This document shows, one piece after another, positions 58,258 through 64,000 of a DNA stretch of 64,000 bases (within the stretch, counting starts at the first letter, position 1; each line of letters opens with the position of its first letter). Under the pieces are notes generated by a model. That model saw only the letters and a program-made list of their open reading frames with translations, was not told the origin of the DNA and did no database searches. Both the position numbers and the translations under genes were made by a program. This DNA comes from Candidatus Sumerlaeia bacterium (lineage in GTDB: Bacteria; Sumerlaeota; Sumerlaeia; SLMS01; JANRJK01), in NCBI GenBank assembly GCA_033764015.1, contig JANRJK010000014.1, positions 32,001 through 96,000 on the forward strand, read 5' to 3'.

Positions 58258-58385
58258 GTGAGAACTCCGGCGCCCTTCCATCCGGAATGCAGCGCGATCC
58301 AAGGGACGCCGAGCCCCCCGCCGCCCCCGGCTTGCGGCGCGGCTGCGCTAAGCGCGGCCGACACCACCGCCTTGGAGGCACCACC

Positions 58386-58661
58386 ATGAAGGTTCTGCTC
58401 CCCGTGCTCGCCGCGCTCGCGCTTGCCGGTTGCGCGACGACCGCGCTCCGCGCCGCGCCGGACCGGTACACGGTCGCCGACGAGCGCTTCGGCGCCCAGG
58501 TCCGCATCGATCCCGAGACGCGCCAACTCGACGCGGTCTATGTCGAGTTCACCGATCCCGCGTTCCCCGCGCCGGCCTACCGCGTCGTCTCCGGCGCGAC
58601 GCCGGAGGGAGGCGCCTATGTGCTCCTATACGCTGTCCGGGAGGGCGCCGATGTCCGCTAA
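58386..58661 (+). CDS. Small lipoprotein
   Basis: GGAGG RBS; MKVLLPVLAALALAGC lipobox. Confidence 0.75.
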   Translation: MKVLLPVLAALALAGCATTALRAAPDRYTVADERFGAQVRIDPETRQLDAVYVEFTDPAFPAPAYRVVSGATPEGGAYVLLYAVREGADVR

Positions 58662-58869
58662 CAGCCTGCCGCTCTTGGTCGAGGCGCTGCTCCGGGCGCT
58701 GCCCGCGATCATTGAGGAACTCCAGTCGGACGAGGCGCGCAGCGCGCTCGACCGGGTGGAGCGCAACGCCGACGCGGCGCTCGCCGCCGCCCGCGCCGGC
58801 GATGCGCGCGGGGCGATCCTCCGCGCGGTCGAACGCGGGCTGGAACGCTCCGGGAACGATCCGCGCTAA
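58651..58869 (+). CDS. Small hypothetical helical protein (72 aa)
   Basis: GGAGG upstream; start overlaps the lipoprotein end; MSANSLPLLVEALLRALP... Confidence 0.55.
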   Translation: MSANSLPLLVEALLRALPAIIEELQSDEARSALDRVERNADAALAAARAGDARGAILRAVERGLERSGNDPR

Positions 58870-58936
58870 CCGGCTGCCCGGGGAGCGCCGCCGCGCGCTC
58901 CCCGGGCAGCAACCATCCGACGCTTCCGAGCCCCCC

Positions 58937-59824
58937 ATGTCCGCCCCCGGCCTCCACCACATCACCGCGATCTGCGCCGACGCCCGCGCCACGCACGAGT
59001 TCTACACTAGGAAGCTCGGCCTGCGCCTTGTGAAGAAGACGGTGAACTACGACGACCCGTTCACCTACCACCTCTACTTCGGCGACGGGGCCGGTTCGCC
59101 CGGCACGATCCTGACCTTCTTCCCATGGGGAGGCGCGCCGCGCGGGCGCGTGGGCACCGGCCAGGCCTCCGCCATCGCGTTCGCGGTGCCGGAGGGCGCG
59201 CTCGACGCCTGGATGGCACGGCTCGCCGGCGAGGCGATCGACTTCGCCACCCCGGGCGAGCGTTTCGGCCGGCCCGTCGTCGCCTTCCGCGACCCGGACG
59301 GCATTCCGTTGGAACTGATCGGCGTGCCCGGGGAGGGCGACGCGATCCTCGGATTCCACAGCGCGACGCTCAGCGTGACGGGCTATGCGCACACCGCGAA
59401 GCTGTTCACGGAACACCTAGGCTACCGGCAGGAGGGCGAGGAGGGGGAGCGCTTCCGGTTCCGCTGCGGCGGCGCGCCGTGGGGGCAGGTGCTCGACATC
59501 CGATGCCTGCCGGGGGGCCAATACGGCACCATGGGCAGCGGCACCGTGCACCACGTGGCGTTCCGCGCTGCGGACGACGCGGCGCAGGTGGCGCTGCAGG
59601 GCGTGTTGGCGGCGGCGGGCTACAACGTGACGCCGGTGCGCAACCGCACCTACTTCAAGTCGATCTACCTGCGCGAACCGGGCGGCGTGCTGGTCGAGGT
59701 CGCCACGGATCCGCCGGGGTTCACGGCGGACGAGCCGCTGGCGGAGTTGGGCAAGTCGCTGAAACTGCCCGGTTGGCTGGAGAAGCAGCGGGAGTTGATC
59801 GAGCTGGCGTTGCCGAAACTATAG
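58937..59824 (+). CDS. Ring-cleaving dioxygenase / VOC family (MhqO-like)
   Basis: GLHHITA, FY...LGLRLVKKTVNYDDP..YHLYFGD..G.PGT.LTFF, GTVHHVAFR, R.YFKSIY.REPGG.L.E.ATD.PGF. Confidence 0.93.
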   Translation: MSAPGLHHITAICADARATHEFYTRKLGLRLVKKTVNYDDPFTYHLYFGDGAGSPGTILTFFPWGGAPRGRVGTGQASAIAFAVPEGALDAWMARLAGEAIDFATPGERFGRPVVAFRDPDGIPLELIGVPGEGDAILGFHSATLSVTGYAHTAKLFTEHLGYRQEGEEGERFRFRCGGAPWGQVLDIRCLPGGQYGTMGSGTVHHVAFRAADDAAQVALQGVLAAAGYNVTPVRNRTYFKSIYLREPGGVLVEVATDPPGFTADEPLAELGKSLKLPGWLEKQRELIELALPKL

Positions 59825-60153
59825 CGCGCGATGAACGGATTTATCGGACCCGGCGTGTCGAAGTCGCGGCGGGATTCGGTTGACGTGCCGTTATCCCGGT
59901 GGGGACCGTGCGACCGTGCCGCGGCGGAGCAGCCATCCGCCGCGACCGGAGCCACAAGCCCTGCTTCGCCAGTCGGTTTCCCCTCCGAACGCAACGAGCC
60001 CGGGTGCGCCCAAGCGCCTCCGCTCCAGCTCCCTTCTACTCATCCCGAATCTTCGACCTCGACCGCGCCGCCCGGTGGGCGGGGCGTAGGACGCACCCCG
60101 GACGAGGGGCGCGGCCCCTCGTGCGGTAAGCAACCTTCCTCCAGCACGGGGAT

Positions 60154-61011
60154 ATGCCGATGGCCGATACACTGCTCTTCACCGCCGGGGACCTCCGGGT
60201 CGGGCCGCTCGAAGGCGCGGAGCAACTCGCCGGGCCCCTTAGCCCGCAGGGGTTGGATGTGCTCACGCTCGCGGAACTCTGCCGCGGCCGCTACTGCGCG
60301 GGGTTCGCCGTCTCCCGGGCCGCCATCGAGGAGACGCTCCGGCTCCGCTACCGGGTGTTCAACCTCGAGCTCGGCGAGGGCCTCGCCGAGTCGCACCTGA
60401 CCGGGATGGACCGGGACCGCTTCGACGACCAGATGACGCACATGGTGGTGATCGACCGCCAGTCGCAGCGTATCGTGGGGACCTACCGCATGCAGACGGC
60501 GTCCGAGGCGATGGCCGCGCAGGGGCTCTACTCCGCGCAGGAGTACGACATGGCCCCGCTCGCGGAGCTGTTCCCGGAGACGGTCGAACTGGGACGCGCG
60601 TGCGTCGACGCGGAGCACCGCAGCTTCGCCACCGTGATGCTCCTGTGGGCGGGCATCCGCGCCTACGCCCGCGTGCGCCGCCAGCGCTACCTGACGGGGT
60701 GCTGCTCGCTGACGACCACGGACCCGGACGAGGGCTGGCGCGCCATGAAGCTGCTGCGCCGCAAGGGGCACTTGGACCCGGGCTTCATGCTGCGGGCGAC
60801 GCCGGCGTACTCCTGCGGCCCCGCGGAGCGCGAGTTCGACGCCGACGTGCTCGAGATGCGCAAGCTGCCGAAGCTGTTCTCCGCCTACCTGCGCCTCGGC
60901 TGCACGGTGATTTCGGAGCCGGCGATCGACCGGGACTTCCAGACGGTCGACTTCCTGATCCTGCTCGATACCTACAAGGTGAACTTCTCGAGCCTGACGG
61001 TCGCCGAGTGA
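60154..61011 (+). CDS. GNAT N-acyltransferase, OlsB-like (ornithine/amino-acid lipid N-acylation)
   Basis: RLRYRVFNLELGEG..D.DRFD...H; VGTYRM; YS..E.D; ELGRACV..HR; LWAGI; GC.S; LP.L..AYLRLG; PAID.DF...DF. Confidence 0.85.
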   Translation: MPMADTLLFTAGDLRVGPLEGAEQLAGPLSPQGLDVLTLAELCRGRYCAGFAVSRAAIEETLRLRYRVFNLELGEGLAESHLTGMDRDRFDDQMTHMVVIDRQSQRIVGTYRMQTASEAMAAQGLYSAQEYDMAPLAELFPETVELGRACVDAEHRSFATVMLLWAGIRAYARVRRQRYLTGCCSLTTTDPDEGWRAMKLLRRKGHLDPGFMLRATPAYSCGPAEREFDADVLEMRKLPKLFSAYLRLGCTVISEPAIDRDFQTVDFLILLDTYKVNFSSLTVAE

Positions 61012-61961
61012 ACGATGGGTTGAACGCGCTGGAAGCGGCGCTGGCGGAACATCCCGAGCCGGAGAACCCGATGCCGTCGGCGCGCTGGCTCGCTGCGCCG
61101 AGGGGTGTGCTGCTGCTTGGGGGCGCGTGGGCCGTCACCCGCGCCATGCAGTTCCGCCGCCTGTTCTCCCGCACGCCGGAGGCGAAGGCCGCGGTCGCGC
61201 CCCGGTTCGTCCACTGGTGGGGGCGCTACGCCTTCCGGCTGCTCGGCTGGCGGCTGCGCGTGGAGGGTCCGCGCCCCGCGCCGGGCTCCGTCGTGGCGCC
61301 GAACCACTTCGGCTACATCGACCTGATCGGCATGGCGGCGGCCAACGGGTCGTTCTTCGTCGCGCAGCGCATGATGCTCGAGATGAAGCTCTTCGGCATG
61401 ATCGTGCGCGCGTTCGACCATCCGCTCACGAGCCGCAACACCGGGCGCGAAATCCTGGAAACGGCGGCGAAGATGCGCGAGAAGCTCGCGCTGGGGCAGT
61501 CGGTCACGGTGTTCCTCGAGGGGACCTCGAACCCCGGGGACCGGGTGTGGGAGTTCCACAACGCGCTGCTGCAGGCGGCGATCGACATGGGCGCCCCGGT
61601 GGTTCCCGCGGGGATCGTCTGGAGCGCGACGGACAGCCGCATGAGCATCGCCGACGATGTCGCGTACTGGCGCCCCGAGCACGACCTCGGCAAGCACATG
61701 TACCGGCTGCTGGGGCTACCGCCGGTGGAGTGCGTGGTGCGCTTCGGCGAGCCGGTGCCGTCCGCGGGGAAGAGCCGCAAGGCGCTCGCCGCGGAGGTCC
61801 GGGCGGAGGTGCTCCGGCTGAGCGGCCTGCGCGACGCGCCGCTGCGAGCGCTTGCGGACCGCAAGCGCGTTGCGGCACAAACGGCGTCGGCGGAAGCCTG
61901 CACCACCGGCGCGACCGCGATCGTCCCCCCGCGCCCAGCTCCCAAGGAGCCCCCCGAATGA
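61008..61961 (+). CDS. Lysophospholipid acyltransferase (PlsC/OlsA-like)
   Basis: NHFGYID (HxxxxD), FVA, VFLEGTS, AAI..GAPVVP; GTGA overlap with the upstream stop. Confidence 0.88.
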   Translation: MNDGLNALEAALAEHPEPENPMPSARWLAAPRGVLLLGGAWAVTRAMQFRRLFSRTPEAKAAVAPRFVHWWGRYAFRLLGWRLRVEGPRPAPGSVVAPNHFGYIDLIGMAAANGSFFVAQRMMLEMKLFGMIVRAFDHPLTSRNTGREILETAAKMREKLALGQSVTVFLEGTSNPGDRVWEFHNALLQAAIDMGAPVVPAGIVWSATDSRMSIADDVAYWRPEHDLGKHMYRLLGLPPVECVVRFGEPVPSAGKSRKALAAEVRAEVLRLSGLRDAPLRALADRKRVAAQTASAEACTTGATAIVPPRPAPKEPPE

Positions 61962-63064
61962 AATCCTCCTCCCCCATCGCCGTCCGCGTCGGCATCTTCA
62001 TGACGCTCGGCCTGATCCTGCTGCTGGGCCTCAGCATCTCGGTCGGCAACTTCACCTTCGCCAAGAAATCCTACCGGATGCAGGCGTTCTTCCGCGAGAC
62101 GCCGGGCATCGAGGTCGGCAGCAGGGTGACGCTCCGCGGCGTCCCAATCGGCCAGGTGAACTCGATGGAGTGGGCGCCGACCCGCCTGCGGGTGAGGGTG
62201 GAGCTGCTGATCGAGCGGGACTACCAGGTGCCCGACAACGCCTTCGCGACGGTGAAGTCCGCCAGCCTGCTCGGCGGCACCGTTGTGAACATCGACTTCG
62301 ACGAGAGCGTGGCGATCGCGTCGTTCCTTTCCGACGGCAGCGAGATCGAAACACGCGCCTCGATCAGCATCGACGACGCGATCGCGCAAGTGGCGACCTT
62401 CGGCGAAGAAGGCACCAAGCTGTTCCGCTCCTTCAGCGACGGCCAGGAGTCGACCTTCGAGAAGATCAACGAGATCCTGGACGAGAACCGCGAGAACATC
62501 CGCCGCACCACGGAGAGCTTCGCCGACGTGGGTCCGAAGGTGGGCCAGCTCGCGGACCGGCTGAACGAGCTGACCGCCTCGGTGCAGGAGGGCGAAGGCA
62601 CCATGGGCGCGCTCTTCAAGCACCGCGAACTCTACGACAACCTGCTCAAAGTCTCCGAGGACGCCAAGGAGATCAGCGGCGCCATCCGCGAGGGCGAGGG
62701 GACGCTTTCGAAGCTCGTTTACGACGACGCCATCGCCACGGAGGCGGAGAACGCCTTCGCCAAGCTCGGCGACGCCGCCACGCGGGTGGACGACTTGGTC
62801 GGACGGAACTCCGAGGACATCGACAACTTCGTAAAGTCGCTCGGCGACGCGAGCCCGCGCATCGACCGCGTGATCGCCAACCTCGACGAGATCACCACCA
62901 AGATCAACTCCGGCGACGGCACGCTCGGGAAGCTCGTGAACGACGGCTCGCTCTTCGACGACATCAAGAAGGCCGTGAACCAGGTCGGCGAGTCGTTCGA
63001 GAGCTCGGAGGAGCAGAGCGTGGTGCGCTCGTTCTTCAGCCTGATGTTCGGGGCGCTGGTGTAG
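61958..63064 (+). CDS. MlaD/MCE family protein with long helical region
   Basis: VRVGIF TM; F....GI.VGS.V...GV.IG.V; SLLG; three G[ED]GT[ML][GS][AK]L repeats; ATGA coupling. Confidence 0.92.
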   Translation: MKSSSPIAVRVGIFMTLGLILLLGLSISVGNFTFAKKSYRMQAFFRETPGIEVGSRVTLRGVPIGQVNSMEWAPTRLRVRVELLIERDYQVPDNAFATVKSASLLGGTVVNIDFDESVAIASFLSDGSEIETRASISIDDAIAQVATFGEEGTKLFRSFSDGQESTFEKINEILDENRENIRRTTESFADVGPKVGQLADRLNELTASVQEGEGTMGALFKHRELYDNLLKVSEDAKEISGAIREGEGTLSKLVYDDAIATEAENAFAKLGDAATRVDDLVGRNSEDIDNFVKSLGDASPRIDRVIANLDEITTKINSGDGTLGKLVNDGSLFDDIKKAVNQVGESFESSEEQSVVRSFFSLMFGALV

Positions 63065-63104
63065 GAAAAGGAGCGCCGCCCCGGAGCGTGGCTCCGGGGC
63101 GGCG
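63065..63104. terminator. Hairpin terminator between the convergent mlaD and bacilliredoxin genes
   Basis: Perfect 14-bp stem CGCCGCCCCGGAGC-GTG-GCTCCGGGGCGGCG (63074-63104); U-tract on the minus strand. Confidence 0.75.
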
Positions 63105-63128
63105 TCGGACGCGTGGCGCGCGGACCGC

Positions 63129-63668
63129 TCAGCCGTGGCGGCCGGCGGCCTTGGCGGCGAGCACGGAGCCGCACATCTTCACGAAGTCGAGGCTGGCGAA
63201 GGTCTCCGGAGGGACCGACGGTCCCGTGGCGGAGCAGTGCTTCGCGAACTGCTCGGCGAGCGCCTGGGCGATGCCCTGCGGCGAGTTGCCTTCGATGCCC
63301 CAGCGCTCGAGCATGAAGACCACTTCGCCGTCCTTGAAGAGGGCGACGGAGGGCGAGCTGGGGGGGTAGTTGGTGATCCGCGAGCGGACCTTGGCGGTGG
63401 CCTCGCGGTCCACGCCGGCGAAGACGGTGTAGAGCTTGTCGGGGATCACGCCGTTCTGGAGCGCGAGCGCGACGCCCGGGCGCGCGCCGCCCGCCGCGCA
63501 GCCGCACACGGAGTTCACCACGACGAGCGCGGTGCCCTTGTGGTTGGCGAGCGCCGCGTCGACGTCCGCCGGCGTGCGGAGTTCCTCGATGCCGACGGCC
63601 ACAAGCTCCTCGCGCATCGGGCGCACGTCCTCGGGGTCGTAGGCGGGGGGCTGCTGGTTGAAGAACAT
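63129..63668 (-). CDS. BrxA/BrxB (YphP/YqiW) bacilliredoxin family protein with C-terminal extension
   Basis: VRPMREEL, VVNSVCGCAAGGARP, TVFAGVDREAT, PPSSPSVALFKDG, IEG. Confidence 0.93.
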   Translation of the reverse strand: MFFNQQPPAYDPEDVRPMREELVAVGIEELRTPADVDAALANHKGTALVVVNSVCGCAAGGARPGVALALQNGVIPDKLYTVFAGVDREATAKVRSRITNYPPSSPSVALFKDGEVVFMLERWGIEGNSPQGIAQALAEQFAKHCSATGPSVPPETFASLDFVKMCGSVLAAKAAGRHG

Positions 63669-63741
63669 GGTTGGGTCCTATGTTGTTTGCGATGTGCCGC
63701 CGTGTGGCGGGGCCGTGGCGTTCCATCCCTGCCACGCCTCC

Positions 63742-63770
63742 ATTTTGGAGATTGCGGCAGCGGCTGGCAA
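63742..63770 (-). promoter_or_regulatory. Sigma70-like promoter of the bacilliredoxin gene
   Basis: TTGCCA-17 bp-CAAAAT on the minus strand, about 75 nt upstream of the ATG. Confidence 0.5.
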
Positions 63771-63787
63771 GCGCAGAATCCCGCCCG

Positions 63788-64000
63788 ATGCTCCGCGCCG
63801 CCGACCTGATCCCCGCGCTCGCCGCCGCCGTCCTTCATGGCGCCGAGCCCGCCGGCGTGGCGACGCTCGCCGCCGCGCCGCGGCACCTGGTGGCGCTGGA
63901 CGGGTCGCGCGTGCTGGCGTGCCTCGCGGCCAACGGGCTCCAAGCGGTGACCATCGACGGAGAGTCGGCGACGGCCGCGCCGGTGCTGGCCGGGACGCTG
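63788..64000 (+). CDS. Hypothetical protein, 3'-truncated by window edge
   Basis: Open from ATG 63788 to the end (MLRAADLIPALAAAVL...). Confidence 0.4.
   Translation, partial: MLRAADLIPALAAAVLHGAEPAGVATLAAAPRHLVALDGSRVLACLAANGLQAVTIDGESATAAPVLAGTL

Overview
A 64-kb window of a very GC-rich bacterial chromosome, probably from a diderm (MlaD and OlsBA-like genes). The pilin-like N-terminus (AFTLIELLIVVAIIAILAAIAVPNFLEAQVRSKVSR) and the short Trp-containing C-terminal tails suggest Candidatus Sumerlaeota (BRC1), but this is inference only. Most of the window holds housekeeping, envelope and signalling genes: sucD, valS, murA, efp, mscL, rtcB, pgeF, comEC, an NtrC-type regulator, a diguanylate cyclase, olsB/olsA-like genes, mlaD and a bacilliredoxin. 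The main feature is a roughly 16.5-kb LacI-controlled alpha-glucan (dextran/starch-type) locus at 29048-45720. Its first gene is a type IV pilin-like protein and it has no SusC/D, TonB receptor or porin. It encodes a GH125-like enzyme, two divergent GH66-like enzymes (each preceded by a stand-alone copy of its own accessory module), a sugar ABC transporter, a secreted GH13 and an esterase. Three secreted proteins of the locus, plus a secreted nuclease elsewhere, end in a shared [AS]-[GS]-V-x-x-W-x-x-[YF] type tail that looks like a C-terminal sorting signal. Other points of note: a low-GC islet behind an eroded RHS core, an amber-interrupted tandem paralog, a helicase-like protein without Walker motifs, an EF-P with a PGNLR loop, a probable CTG start codon and a lactoperoxidase-like heme peroxidase. 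No tRNA, rRNA, CRISPR array or transposase was recognised. All family calls come from motif recognition by eye; no searches were run.
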